Shown: positions 54,209 through 63,653 of the stretch, one piece after another
Position numbering within the stretch: the stretch's first letter is position 1
Layout: each line of letters starts with the position of its first letter
Source of the DNA: a virus
Virus record (IMG/VR): IMGVR_UViG_3300020448_000003
Location: 35,009 to 99,008 of that record
Length of the DNA: 64,000 nt
Direction: 5' to 3' (one strand)
Notes under the pieces: generated by a model
The model's database searches: none
Told to the model about the DNA's origin: nothing
The model's input: the letters and a program-made list of their open reading frames with translations, nothing else
Translations under genes and position numbers: made by a program

Positions 54209-54681
54209 ACTAACTCTCCTTTTTTAAGTAAAACACTTGTTGGAACTGCTGTATCTCGACCAAATGTTGTAATGTGAAACTGTTCAGATGGTATTTGACC
54301 AATATCATCCCATTCAGAGTCTGGAACGACTAACATACTACTTCTTACATTACTCCTTAAGTATTTATGTATAGTTTGTGGTGGTGCTGCTGGAGTAAAT
54401 CCATATTTACGAAGTTCTGGTCTCATATAATGAACATTAGCACCCCAGAAATGTTCATCAGATTCACCATATATGTAAACCATAGGATATTTATCCCAAA
54501 ATTTCATAAGTTCTTTATTATCATCCTCTGGGTCATATGCAAAAGTAATTGCTGTACCAGGCGTTACACCGTCAGCACCTAAACCCATATCAAATAGTGC
54601 TTGAAAAAGTTGTGTTCTCCACCAATTTGATGATTGTGCTTTTCCTTGTGATTTAGTTTGTATGTCTGTGAAAACACTCAT
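54205..54681 (-). CDS. gp2: DNA end protector gp2-like
   Basis: FAYDP..FWDKYPMV..FWGANVHY..HKYL; next to gp4. Confidence 0.75.
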   Translation of the reverse strand: MSVFTDIQTKSQGKAQSSNWWRTQLFQALFDMGLGADGVTPGTAITFAYDPEDDNKELMKFWDKYPMVYIYGESDEHFWGANVHYMRPELRKYGFTPAAPPQTIHKYLRSNVRSSMLVVPDSEWDDIGQIPSEQFHITTFGRDTAVPTSVLLKKGELV

Positions 54682-55121
54682 ACTCTTAATTCGTTTTCTG
54701 TTAATATAACAAACTGCATTCTACGATCCTTACAGTATTCTTTTGCTGCTTTCCATTTTGCTTGATTTACACCATATGTAGCAACTTCCTTTAAAAACTT
54801 CTGAGTTTTACGTTTTTGATTTGCTGGTGCCTGTGTTTGTGCAAATGGTTTAATTTCGATAATTCTTTTTGCGAGTCCTCCACTTTTGGTGCGAGACTTG
54901 ACATAAAAATCAGGAAAGTAACGATGAAACCTACCATCGATAGGACTTCTATAAGGAATGATAATCTCTTCACTGCCCCACTCTATAACGTTTTCATTTA
55001 GGTCACACCACCCCATAAACTTTCTTTCCCACAAACTTCTATAAATAATGTTTGTAGGATCCCCTTTGTACTTGCCAGGATATCTTGGTTTGAATCTTCC
55101 AGAATAAGTTTTATAGGTCAT
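54678..55121 (-). CDS. gp4: Head completion nuclease gp4
   Basis: KYKGDPTNIIYRSLWERKFM..WGSEE..YFPDF..IEIKP..NQAKW. Confidence 0.93.
   Translation of the reverse strand: MTYKTYSGRFKPRYPGKYKGDPTNIIYRSLWERKFMGWCDLNENVIEWGSEEIIIPYRSPIDGRFHRYFPDFYVKSRTKSGGLAKRIIEIKPFAQTQAPANQKRKTQKFLKEVATYGVNQAKWKAAKEYCKDRRMQFVILTENELRV
55040..55047 (+). promoter_or_regulatory. T4 late promoter TATAAATA for gp48-gp53
   Basis: Inside gp4 on the opposite strand, upstream of 55123. Confidence 0.7.
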
Positions 55122-55122
55122 A

Positions 55123-56175
55123 ATGTCAGCACCGCTAGTATATCCAAGACAGTTACCTCGTCAAGTTCCATCCTCAGATAAGTATATTGACCAAGGTGAT
55201 AATGTCGAAACAAAGGTGATAGATTATCTGAAAATTCAGATATACAACACCCAAGGGGAGAATGGTGCAAACCCATATAACTGGGCTGCTGGTGGAGGTG
55301 GGTTTAAAGAACCCTTTAAAGGATTAGATAATAAATCACTTTATAAGACTATTTATCTATATCTACCAACAGGTATAAAAGAGAATTATCAAGCACAATA
55401 TAACGAAGCATCACTTGGTGCTATTGGTGCAGGAGCATTGCAAGGATTACAAGGTGATATGAATCCTGTTGAAGCTTTACAAAAAACAGCAGGAACTGTA
55501 AAACCAGAATTTGTTATGAATACTGCTGCATCAGCACTTGGTACAGTTAATAGTGCACTTGGAATTAATAATAGTATGGATGCGGGGGGTTTAACTGCTA
55601 TTGCTACCAAGAAGATTTTTAACCCCTATGCAGAGGTAACATTCAAGGGTGTCAACTACAGAGAACACCTTTTCAATTTTAAAATGGCACCTCGTAATAT
55701 ACAGGAAGCAAAAGAGTGTAGAGAGATAATTGAATGTTTAAGACGTGCTATGTTACCAGCATCAGAGGCAGGAGATGATGCAAAAGATTTTCAACTGTTC
55801 AATAGTGAAGGTGATAAGGAAGGCGAACCAAATGCTGTACAACAGGCATTGACATCAGAATCTGGAACTATTAGTGGTGCTAGATGGTTGACAATACCTG
55901 ATATTTTCAGATTATCACTTGTTAGAGTCAGAGCAGACGATGCTGGTGATGATACTGTCAAATTACAAACTTTGAGACCAAAAGCATTGTCAGAGATAGT
56001 CAAATTTCCTACAAAATGTGTTTTAACACAAATGGACGTTGATGTTACACCTGACGGTCAATATAACTCATTAAAAGGTCTTGGTGCTGGAAATGAAGAA
56101 GATTATGGACCTGCTGCTATGAATTTACAGTTGAGTTTCAAAGAAACATCATTTATTACGAGGGATATGATCTAA
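55123..56175 (+). CDS. gp48: Baseplate tail-tube cap gp48
   Basis: IYLYLP, NPYAEVTFKGV.YR.H.F.FKM.PRN..E, LSFKET. Confidence 0.85.
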   Translation: MSAPLVYPRQLPRQVPSSDKYIDQGDNVETKVIDYLKIQIYNTQGENGANPYNWAAGGGGFKEPFKGLDNKSLYKTIYLYLPTGIKENYQAQYNEASLGAIGAGALQGLQGDMNPVEALQKTAGTVKPEFVMNTAASALGTVNSALGINNSMDAGGLTAIATKKIFNPYAEVTFKGVNYREHLFNFKMAPRNIQEAKECREIIECLRRAMLPASEAGDDAKDFQLFNSEGDKEGEPNAVQQALTSESGTISGARWLTIPDIFRLSLVRVRADDAGDDTVKLQTLRPKALSEIVKFPTKCVLTQMDVDVTPDGQYNSLKGLGAGNEEDYGPAAMNLQLSFKETSFITRDMI

Positions 56176-57143
56176 TGAGTTATTTTAGGTATCTACCAAA
56201 AGTATATGTTCGTAATAGGACGATTCAAAATGGAGTTCATCCATATGAGTTAACTGTTAACATATTTCGTCGCATAAAAATAAGAGATGAACTACAAGGT
56301 GGTCTATTAGGTTTCACACAATATGAAATAGGAACTGGTGAAAGACCTGATCAAGTTGCATCACGAGTATATGGTGATTCTGGTTTAGATTGGATAGTAT
56401 TGCTTGTTAACAACATAATCAATGTATATGAGGACTGGCCACTAAATCGTGTTGATCTATACAAGTACATAGAGGAAAGATGGGGTGATCCTGATCAAAT
56501 TGTACATTATGAGTCATTAGAAATTAAAGTTGGTAATGATGTAGTATTCCCAGAAGGTGAGATAGTAAACGAAGACTTTAGTTATATTAAAACAGATGGA
56601 AGTGTAATACCTAAGTCACAGTGCAGAAGAGCAGTGACATTTTATGAGAGAGAAGAAAGAAAGAATGAAGAGAAAAGAAATATCTATTTACTACGATCTG
56701 AATATGTAACTGACTTTATTAATGAATTTAAGAAACTTTCCAAATACTTACCACACGCTGAAATTGATGATGATGGTAATAAGAAGACCGAAACAACTAT
56801 TGCTGAAGAATTCATAGGTATAAGTACTTATAGAAAACCATCTCAATCAACAGCATCTACTGGATCTGCGTCAGGTGGTGGTTCAAGTACAGCATTGATT
56901 TCATCAGGAGCATCAGGAGGAAGCACAAATGGTACTACAACGTCAACAGCAACCACAACGACAACAACGACCTCTACCACAGGAAGTGAAAGTTCGTATA
57001 CCGCACCCGCAGCAAACGAGTCAACAGAATCTTCATCATCCAGTTCCTCGTCAAGTAGTAGTTCGTCTTCATCGTCTTCCTCTTCGAGTTCATCTAGTTC
57101 TAGCAGTGGTTCATCTGGTGGTTACTACGGTGGAGGGTATTAA
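56175..57143 (+). CDS. gp53: Baseplate wedge gp53 with a Ser/Thr-rich tail
   Basis: MSYFRYLP, NIFRR, GERPDQVA..YG..LDWIVLL.NNI..WP, NEEKRNI. Confidence 0.9.
   Translation: MSYFRYLPKVYVRNRTIQNGVHPYELTVNIFRRIKIRDELQGGLLGFTQYEIGTGERPDQVASRVYGDSGLDWIVLLVNNIINVYEDWPLNRVDLYKYIEERWGDPDQIVHYESLEIKVGNDVVFPEGEIVNEDFSYIKTDGSVIPKSQCRRAVTFYEREERKNEEKRNIYLLRSEYVTDFINEFKKLSKYLPHAEIDDDGNKKTETTIAEEFIGISTYRKPSQSTASTGSASGGGSSTALISSGASGGSTNGTTTSTATTTTTTTSTTGSESSYTAPAANESTESSSSSSSSSSSSSSSSSSSSSSSSSSGSSGGYYGGGY
57031..57107 (+). repeat. Low-complexity poly-Ser coding tract
   Basis: About 25 consecutive Ser codons of mixed type (tct/tca/tcc/tcg/agt/agc). Confidence 0.85.
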
Positions 57144-57388
57144 AGACCTAGTGAAAAGTCCAAAGCTTTCTTAGCAGTATTGAATAATCTAACCCTGCGT
57201 TTGTCTTTCACATAAGGTATATGCACAGAAAATCCCAGAAGATCTCCTTTGAGTTCATCTGGGATTCCTATTGGTTGAACAAAAAATATTCCTGCGTGTG
57301 CTACAACACGGTATCCGATCTGCACGAAACCTAACTCTCTAAGAGCACACTCTAATCTGAGTGAATCATTTCCGTCTTGTAAGAGCAT
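57140..57388 (-). CDS. Hypothetical protein
   Basis: ORF converging on gp53. Confidence 0.6.
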   Translation of the reverse strand: MLLQDGNDSLRLECALRELGFVQIGYRVVAHAGIFFVQPIGIPDELKGDLLGFSVHIPYVKDKRRVRLFNTAKKALDFSLGL

Positions 57389-57408
57389 ACGGTAAACCGA
57401 ACTATACT

Positions 57409-57666
57409 CTATGTATACGGAGAGGTCACTACATTACCTTTTGTCTTTCTGTAAGATGCAACATCAGGGTCAGGGTCTAACCACTTGACGTATTCTCTAT
57501 CTTCTAGTGCCATATCAAGTTGTATCGCACTGTCGAGATAAAACATATCTCTATACCTGTCTGTTAATTCGTTCCATTTTTGGATACGATAGTCAGGTTG
57601 TCCATTTGTTTCAAGTAAACCGTTCTCAGTGAAACGGTATGGAAATCTTTCGTGAATTACTTTCAT
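57409..57666 (-). CDS. Conserved cyanophage hypothetical protein (ERFPYR..NG.PDYRIQK..KWLDP)
   Basis: Motif; TAATG coupling. Confidence 0.7.
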   Translation of the reverse strand: MKVIHERFPYRFTENGLLETNGQPDYRIQKWNELTDRYRDMFYLDSAIQLDMALEDREYVKWLDPDPDVASYRKTKGNVVTSPYT

Positions 57667-57956
57667 TAGAAGCACCAGTTGTCGTCTTTATAGAAGTAGC
57701 AAGGAACACCGTGTTCGTTATGTTCATTGGGTCTAAAGAGTGGTTTTCTATGGTAATGGTGGTTGTGGTGATACCAGTATCCAGATTCCCAAGGTCGTGT
57801 CGGAACTGGAGCATACCAACAATTAAGTTTACCAGTGAAACCATCTCGGACACAGTGAGTTGGTTCCACCTCGAAACCATCAGAAGTCCTAACGCTATGT
57901 GCCCCCGCAGGAGCAGTAATTAGTGCTACAACAGCGAGGGCAAATAGTTTTTTCAT
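57666..57956 (-). CDS. Exported His/Cys-rich small protein
   Basis: Signal peptide MKKLFALAVVALITAPAGA; YHHNHHYH; four Cys. Confidence 0.65.
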   Translation of the reverse strand: MKKLFALAVVALITAPAGAHSVRTSDGFEVEPTHCVRDGFTGKLNCWYAPVPTRPWESGYWYHHNHHYHRKPLFRPNEHNEHGVPCYFYKDDNWCF

Positions 57957-57968
57957 TAGGTCTTTCCT

Positions 57969-58871
57969 TTAGTCTTCATTTGCTAGTTTAGCAAAATAAG
58001 ACAGTGCTTCGTCCTCTTGGGGGACACTTTCTGAACTGGCATCCTCTGTCCAATCAGTTGTAACTGGAGCAGATGCAGTTATAGTTGCAGGAGCAAGTTC
58101 TTCATCAATAGTATCAGTATCGATACGAGGAGCAGACTTAAGAACAGTGTTTAAACGTTCTTGTAGTTCTTCGTATGTTTTGAACTGATCAGGTGCAGTA
58201 AACTCACTTAAGTCGTGTGCTGCATTGAAGATCTCTTCGAGTTTTGTATCATCGAAGTTTCCAAGAGTAGCAGGAGTTGTAAATGATGAGTCATCATAGT
58301 TCCAGAATCCTGCAACTTGTTTTATCTTCAATTTGAAGTCAGCACCTTTCCATAAATCGAAAGGACTAAAAGCGGGTTCTGGATCGTAATCGTTCTCAGT
58401 GGGTTGCATCTTTGCCATTATCTTGTCAAAGATTCTCTTCCCATATTTGTATAGAAATACTTTACCCTCATTCTCAGGGTTCAATGGGTCTTTTACAACA
58501 TAGATGTTACTGTAGTAAGAGAGTTTTCTCTTTTGTCTACGTGCAGTATCTTTATCTGACTCAAGACCTGTATTCCATAAGGAACTGTTGAGTGCTGATA
58601 CTGGGTCTTTCTTACCTATTGTTGTAAGAGAGTTTTCAATATACCAACCTCCAGATCCTTGGAAAGCGTGACTCCAAACTTGTGCCCAAGGGAGTTCGCA
58701 TCCTTCTGGTTCTGGTAGGAATCTGATAACAGCAAAACCGTTACCTGATTTATCTACTTGTGGTTTCCAGAAGCGTTCATCAACCTTCTTTCCTCCACTG
58801 TTCATCTTCTCAATCTCTTTTGTTAGATTGGAAAATTTACCAGACTTTTTCTTTAAATTTGCGAATGACAT
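57969..58871 (-). CDS. gp32: Single-stranded DNA-binding protein gp32
   Basis: DERFWKP..GNG.AVIRFLP, WYIENS, GKVFLYKYGK, acidic tail LSYFAKLA. Confidence 0.95.
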   Translation of the reverse strand: MSFANLKKKSGKFSNLTKEIEKMNSGGKKVDERFWKPQVDKSGNGFAVIRFLPEPEGCELPWAQVWSHAFQGSGGWYIENSLTTIGKKDPVSALNSSLWNTGLESDKDTARRQKRKLSYYSNIYVVKDPLNPENEGKVFLYKYGKRIFDKIMAKMQPTENDYDPEPAFSPFDLWKGADFKLKIKQVAGFWNYDDSSFTTPATLGNFDDTKLEEIFNAAHDLSEFTAPDQFKTYEELQERLNTVLKSAPRIDTDTIDEELAPATITASAPVTTDWTEDASSESVPQEDEALSYFAKLANED

Positions 58872-58913
58872 TTGTACGTATTTAATAGTATTTTTTGAAT
58901 GTACTACCTATAA

Positions 58914-58942
58914 AAGGTAACATATTATTTAGGCTTTGTCAA
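58914..58942 (-). promoter_or_regulatory. Overlapping sigma70 (TTGACA-17-TACCTT) and late (CTAAATA) promoters for gp32
   Basis: Both motifs upstream of gp32. Confidence 0.55.
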
Positions 58943-59267
58943 GTTCTTTTTTAAAATCTCTTAACTTATCTTCCATTGAACAAAGTAAGTCGTTGAGTGA
59001 CTTTCCATTACCATAAATTTTAGACATCTCATCTATGTGATGTTTTATTTCTGCTGCTTCTTTATCTTCAGAAGCTAGTAAACCAAGTCTTGCATAGAAA
59101 ACTCTTTGTTTAGCAATAAGAGTCATAGTTGCATCAATATGCTCTCGTTTACCATCATCATCCATTTTAGGATAGTCTATAGATAATCTTGCGAGATCCA
59201 TATAAAGTTTTTCCATTTCTCTAATCTCTTGCCCTATAATAGGAGACTTATAGAATGGGTCGGTCAT
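58929..59267 (-). CDS. DUF1825-like cyanobacterial/cyanophage protein
   Basis: F..S.I..E..K.EHI..L..KQ.VFY.RL.L..D..A; usual position before gp32. Confidence 0.7.
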   Translation of the reverse strand: MTDPFYKSPIIGQEIREMEKLYMDLARLSIDYPKMDDDGKREHIDATMTLIAKQRVFYARLGLLASEDKEAAEIKHHIDEMSKIYGNGKSLNDLLCSMEDKLRDFKKELDKA

Positions 59268-59509
59268 ATTGGGAGAACTCCTCTACTTGTACGTTTAACA
59301 TAGTTTAGTTGTTGGGCATTAAACTTAATTTTGTCCTTCAGAGGTTTTGAGATGAGTTTGTTGACAGTTTCAACTTCAATGTCCAAGTCATCACAGACAA
59401 CTATGACAGCATCGATATAGTTTACAAGTCCATCGCTATTTTTTACAACTTCCTCAACCATACCTGAGAATTTTGCTTGCGTCATAAATTTGTCTTTGTA
59501 TTCTTTCAT
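59264..59509 (-). CDS. gp33: Late transcription coactivator gp33
   Basis: KFS..VE..V..NYIDAV..IEVE.V.KLISKPLK.KI..A..LN..LPI. Confidence 0.88.
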   Translation of the reverse strand: MKEYKDKFMTQAKFSGMVEEVVKNSDGLVNYIDAVIVVCDDLDIEVETVNKLISKPLKDKIKFNAQQLNYVKRTSRGVLPI

Positions 59510-60171
59510 TTAATTGTTTTGAAGTAATCGGTTACGTATGTTTTTAATAGTTGATAATAATAATTAAGATCATCTTTTATAATGACTTGCATAGAACCAT
59601 CTTCTATTGCAATTAAAGTAACTATCTTGTCTACCTTAACACCACATCTCTCGTAATACATTACAGCGTATGCAGTTTCTTGTACAAAATAGTTTTCAAT
59701 CCACGCTTCCTTCTTTACTTTAGTAGATGTTTTAAAGTCAATGACCGATAGAGTGTTGTCAAACTCTGCTATGCAATCAACTCGTCCTGCTAACATTAAC
59801 TTATCAGAATAGAGAGGTGACTCTAGAAGATGAATGTTATTGATACGATTTAAAGTCTCTTTAGCGGTTTTAAACATAAAATATGCTAGTGGAGATTTTT
59901 CATCGTACTTTACTTCTTCGTTCTTCAAATAACATTCTACCATAGAATGAAATTTATTGCCACGTGCTGTTGCTCTACCTGATATCTTGTTTGCTTCTTC
60001 CTCACCTACTCTCTTCCTCCAACGGACGATATCCTTAACTTTTTTATGACCTGTAACAGTAGTAACAGATGGGTACCATTTACCTTCACCAACCTCATAG
60101 AGTCGGTGTTTTTCCTTAGTAACCGCTTTCATTTCAGTCAAAGGGACAGGAGGTCCCACCATATTAAACAT
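59506..60171 (-). CDS. PD-(D/E)XK exonuclease
   Basis: YPSVTTV, RG..FH, E..LYS..AGRVDCI..IDFKTS..YFVQ..AYA. Confidence 0.88.
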   Translation of the reverse strand: MFNMVGPPVPLTEMKAVTKEKHRLYEVGEGKWYPSVTTVTGHKKVKDIVRWRKRVGEEEANKISGRATARGNKFHSMVECYLKNEEVKYDEKSPLAYFMFKTAKETLNRINNIHLLESPLYSDKLMLAGRVDCIAEFDNTLSVIDFKTSTKVKKEAWIENYFVQETAYAVMYYERCGVKVDKIVTLIAIEDGSMQVIIKDDLNYYYQLLKTYVTDYFKTIK

Positions 60172-60923
60172 TAACCAAATCCTAGTTGTATTTTGGAAAT
60201 TAGATACTCTTTTACAAGACCTGATCTAACGATATCATCGAGACCAAACTCAACGATGTCAAAAGAATCTAATGCTTGTAGGATTTGCATAAAATCTAAG
60301 ATACCTGTTCTTTCATTCTGTTTTATCAAGTCAGTTTGTGCAACATCTCCTGAGAAAATAATCCTACAGTTTGTACCAACTCTAGTGATGATTGAATCTA
60401 ATTCGTGGAAGTTCAAGTTACTGAACTCATCTACTATTATAACAGCATTGTCAAAGGTTGTACCTCTAATAAAACTTGTAGACCAGAAGGAAATAGTTTC
60501 TTGAGTCTTCAAGTTATCATACAACATTTCAAAGTCATTATCTGTAGGCATTTCAAACATATATCTGACCATATTTTTGTATGGTATCTGATATAAGTTT
60601 GACTTGTCTTCGTGATCACCTGGTAAGAAACCAATCTCTCTTGTAGGTACAAGAGAACGAACCATATAAACTTTTTCATATGGATTACCTTCATCAAGAA
60701 CCTGTTGTAATGCTAGGTACAAACTGATAAATGTTTTACCTGTACCCGCAGCACCGTGTAAAACCAAATGCTTTCCTTTAGCATATGATTTAAAAACTTT
60801 TTCTTGATTGGTTGTTAATGGTTCAATCGTTTTTAAATGATCGATACCAATAGGTTTCCTTCTCTTCATCTGCTTCGCACTCATCCCCGATGGAACTGGG
60901 GTCTTGCGTTTACGTTGTGGCAT
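60171..60923 (-). CDS. phoH: PhoH-family ATPase
   Basis: GAAGTGKT, REIGFLPG, FIRGTT, VDE..N, GD..Q.DL, DIVRSG. Confidence 0.95.
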   Translation of the reverse strand: MPQRKRKTPVPSGMSAKQMKRRKPIGIDHLKTIEPLTTNQEKVFKSYAKGKHLVLHGAAGTGKTFISLYLALQQVLDEGNPYEKVYMVRSLVPTREIGFLPGDHEDKSNLYQIPYKNMVRYMFEMPTDNDFEMLYDNLKTQETISFWSTSFIRGTTFDNAVIIVDEFSNLNFHELDSIITRVGTNCRIIFSGDVAQTDLIKQNERTGILDFMQILQALDSFDIVEFGLDDIVRSGLVKEYLISKIQLGFG

Positions 60924-61153
60924 TATGTATAGTTAGAGAGGTTTGCTCTTGGATGATCTTGTTGGATTTTAGACATTACTTCTTTAAATCCATCTGATTG
61001 CTTTGGTTTACCATACATCGTAGCTGGTGCTTGATTACCAAAATACCTCTCCATATCAGGATTGTCTTCCTTATATTTATCTAGGTCGTTCATAGACATT
61101 CTAACTTCTATGATCTCTCCTGTTTTTTTGTTTTTAAAATCGTATGATGGCAT
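60923..61153 (-). CDS. FmdB-like small protein lacking Zn-binding Cys
   Basis: MPSYDFKN..TGE..E..MS..DGFKEV..KI. Confidence 0.6.
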   Translation of the reverse strand: MPSYDFKNKKTGEIIEVRMSMNDLDKYKEDNPDMERYFGNQAPATMYGKPKQSDGFKEVMSKIQQDHPRANLSNYT

Positions 61154-61173
61154 TGGTTTTGTATAGTGGTGAT

Positions 61174-61202
61174 AGTATAGCAGATGTTAATCGATTCGTA
61201 AA
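61174..61202 (-). promoter_or_regulatory. Sigma70-type promoter of the phoH-gp33 unit
   Basis: TTTACG-17-TATACT with TG extension. Confidence 0.55.
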
Positions 61203-61888
61203 CAAGGTTGAATGTCATTCCAGTAATCGTCATCACATTCATCACATCCTACCTCTGGACACCATCCTAATGCCTTAGAAGTTATAGGGAAATTACATAT
61301 GAAATGGTCACGACATAGACTTGCGATGTCCATATGCTCCTTCTGTGTACCATTTGCAGTACGTAAATTAATATAGTGTATCCAAGACCTGACACTACCT
61401 GTCATATAAAGTCTGGTTGGAGTTGCTAGAGGAAGTACAAATCTTGCACACTCTTTAGCAATACCTTCACGTAATAGTTCATTGTATAAGTCAACTCCTT
61501 CTGCAAAGTAGGCAGCGATTGCCTTGTGGAGTCTTCTTGCATCCTCCTCTGCAATATCATCAATACTGTTCTGTCTGTTCTTTGTATCTTGTCTTCTTAA
61601 TTCTGGTAATGGAATGTTACCTAACAAATTTGTGTCAGCATATCTCTGACTAAATTCTTGGAATGTAAATGATCTATGCCTTAGTATCTGTGCAGCAATT
61701 CCTCGTGAGGTTTCTATCTGCAAAGTCATTGTTGCTTGTTCAAAGATAGACCAGTGTTGATGCTTGATACAATACTCTAATAACTTTTCTACCTTTGGAT
61801 TGTCTTGATTGTTAGGGTTGGATACTCTAGCGATGTATCCTATAGTTTTTTCTGCGTCAGGTGTAACTGACACTAAACATACTTTCAT
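61187..61888 (-). CDS. thyX: Flavin-dependent thymidylate synthase
   Basis: HWSIFE, QILRHRSFTFQEFSQRY, ARFVLP, Q.EH. Confidence 0.95.
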   Translation of the reverse strand: MKVCLVSVTPDAEKTIGYIARVSNPNNQDNPKVEKLLEYCIKHQHWSIFEQATMTLQIETSRGIAAQILRHRSFTFQEFSQRYADTNLLGNIPLPELRRQDTKNRQNSIDDIAEEDARRLHKAIAAYFAEGVDLYNELLREGIAKECARFVLPLATPTRLYMTGSVRSWIHYINLRTANGTQKEHMDIASLCRDHFICNFPITSKALGWCPEVGCDECDDDYWNDIQPCLRID

Positions 61889-62139
61889 ATATCTCCCTGA
61901 TCAAGACCATAATAATATGCCCCTTTAGTCTCAATGAGTTTCTGTGTTTCAAGTTCATCACTCTCATCTGCATTTGTATGATGTGTGACTTCCTTAAGTG
62001 TCTTGAGATACTCTATAACGTGTTGTCTGATCTCCATCAGTTCATCATAACACCCCTGATTATGAGCACGAGCACGCAAATCGTGATCTGGTTTGTAAAC
62101 TGATTCAGTAAAGAGATCTAATGCTCTTTGATACTTCAT
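61885..62139 (-). CDS. Hypothetical protein (F.ESV.KPDH.LR..AHNQ.CY.ELM)
   Basis: ORF. Confidence 0.7.
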   Translation of the reverse strand: MKYQRALDLFTESVYKPDHDLRARAHNQGCYDELMEIRQHVIEYLKTLKEVTHHTNADESDELETQKLIETKGAYYYGLDQGDI

Positions 62140-62144
62140 AGGTT

Positions 62145-62360
62145 TTATTTAAGTGTAATAAATCTAGAGATAATAAGAAGTGCTGCTGCGTGTAGGTAAT
62201 TGATTGCTTTCAATCCAAAGATGTAAGGCATAACAAAGTTCCAACATAACATAACAACTAAAGGACCTAAGAGATAGATCCCAATAAACTTACCGACTTG
62301 TTCTTCGGTAACTGTTTCTTTAGGTTTCTTATCCTTAAAATTATATATGGGGTTGTTCAT
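62145..62360 (-). CDS. Small membrane protein
   Basis: Two hydrophobic segments; start re-chosen at ATG 62360. Confidence 0.6.
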   Translation of the reverse strand: MNNPIYNFKDKKPKETVTEEQVGKFIGIYLLGPLVVMLCWNFVMPYIFGLKAINYLHAAALLIISRFITLK

Positions 62361-62362
62361 AG

Positions 62363-62644
62363 TCAACCTTGTCTTCTTCTTCTCTTTCTGGGTTCTTCTT
62401 TCGGTTTGTCTGCTGGATTGTTCCATAATTTTGGATTCGCCCTCCCTTCTGATTGGAATAGTCTTACAAAGTCTTTCTTAAATTTGTCATAGTAGTGGTC
62501 AAATATATCCACTGTGCTATCAGATATACTGATGTCATAATGCAATCCACCATCTTTATCCTTATACTCTACAACATATGCAGTATAAGGCAAAGATCTA
62601 TCATTACCTTCTTCTTTAGGGCAATCTTCTTTTAAAATTTGCAT
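62363..62644 (-). CDS. Conserved cyanophage hypothetical protein (LPYTAYVVEY..DIFDHYYD..NPKLW)
   Basis: ORF motif. Confidence 0.7.
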   Translation of the reverse strand: MQILKEDCPKEEGNDRSLPYTAYVVEYKDKDGGLHYDISISDSTVDIFDHYYDKFKKDFVRLFQSEGRANPKLWNNPADKPKEEPRKRRRRQG

Positions 62645-62647
62645 TGA

Positions 62648-63088
62648 TTATGACCTCGAACCCCAGTTAATTTCTGGGAATGCTTCTTGCACTGTTGCTT
62701 TAGTGATACGATATTTTTTATTCAATGCTTTGTCTTTAACAGCACAAAGAACTTCTGCTTCGTCTTTGTGTAGACCCTCTATCATTTGAATAAACATATT
62801 CTCTCTCTGCATTCTGGAGAGATTATCTGCACCACCTTTTACAAAGTAATAAAGTTTACGTGCCTCTAGTTCTAAACGTGTATGTTCAGTACCAATAGGT
62901 GCTTCGTTAGGTGTATAAGGCACCTCACCCTCTGGAATAACAGAGATAACACTATCATCATAGTTCCATATGAATAATGATCTTAATGCCTGACTATTAT
63001 TCTCTTTTAATATTTTAATCTTCTCTGCTTTCGTCTTAGCATTGTGTGCTTTCTGAAGAACCTCAGAGATTAAAAGTTTCATTGCCAT
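62648..63088 (-). CDS. Conserved T4-like marine phage hypothetical protein (ISEVL..PEGEVPY..RENMFIQM.EGLH..EA)
   Basis: ORF motif. Confidence 0.75.
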   Translation of the reverse strand: MAMKLLISEVLQKAHNAKTKAEKIKILKENNSQALRSLFIWNYDDSVISVIPEGEVPYTPNEAPIGTEHTRLELEARKLYYFVKGGADNLSRMQRENMFIQMIEGLHKDEAEVLCAVKDKALNKKYRITKATVQEAFPEINWGSRS

Positions 63089-63103
63089 AATAATTAATGA
63101 AAA

Positions 63104-63343
63104 TTAGTCTTCATCCTCATCTAGTGTAACATCAATGTTGTCAGTTCGCAAGTATAATAGTTCTGTTTCCAAATCTATTTTACCTTTTTCATCTAACATC
63201 TCAGGATGAACCATTTGTTTAGCGTATGCTGCGTTCTCAATGTACTCATCTAAGTATCCTTTGAATACAAAGGCAACAACACAACCTAGGAGGAATGCTC
63301 CGAATAGTGAGTAAGTGTACAAAATGTTTAGTATGTCCTGCAT
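63104..63343 (-). CDS. Small membrane protein with HPEMLD motif (DUF2973-like)
   Basis: N-terminal TM segment plus HPEMLDEKG. Confidence 0.6.
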   Translation of the reverse strand: MQDILNILYTYSLFGAFLLGCVVAFVFKGYLDEYIENAAYAKQMVHPEMLDEKGKIDLETELLYLRTDNIDVTLDEDED

Positions 63344-63389
63344 ACTTTCTCTCCTATTTTAGTTACATTATATAGGTAGTTTATAAAAA

Positions 63390-63638
63390 TTATAATATAC
63401 CCCTTGTGCGGAATAAATTAATAGTTTCATTGCAACCTCCAGTTTTCTCTCCATCAACTACAAGTTGTGGAAACGTTGCTCTCCTTCCAAACTCTCCCCA
63501 GAACTGGTCTCTTGTAAAGTTCTCATCGAGTTTGTGCTCAGTATAGTTCCATCCTTTTTCATTCCAAACTGCTTTTATTTTGGTGCAAAAAGGACAACCT
63601 TCTCTCGTGTAAATTGTTGTTGCTTTAGGTGATGCCAT
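63390..63638 (-). CDS. nrdC: Glutaredoxin
   Basis: CPFC, TFPQ, GG. Confidence 0.92.
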   Translation of the reverse strand: MASPKATTIYTREGCPFCTKIKAVWNEKGWNYTEHKLDENFTRDQFWGEFGRRATFPQLVVDGEKTGGCNETINLFRTRGIL

Positions 63639-63653
63639 AGGTATTAAACCAAT

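Noticed and set aside
187-54999. Numerous short plus-strand ORFs in the track (e.g. 187, 8383, 18041, 31131, 45188, 49057)
   Set aside because: Antisense shadows of well-supported minus-strand genes, with no RBS or motif support.
56929-57174. Gln-rich overlapping ORF
   Set aside because: Alternative frame of the gp53 low-complexity tail.
60923-61210. Pho box upstream of phoH
   Set aside because: No convincing 11-bp-spaced direct repeats seen.
61187-61888. Intron or intein in thyX, phoH or the helicase
   Set aside because: The ORFs are continuous and of normal length, with no splicing motifs.
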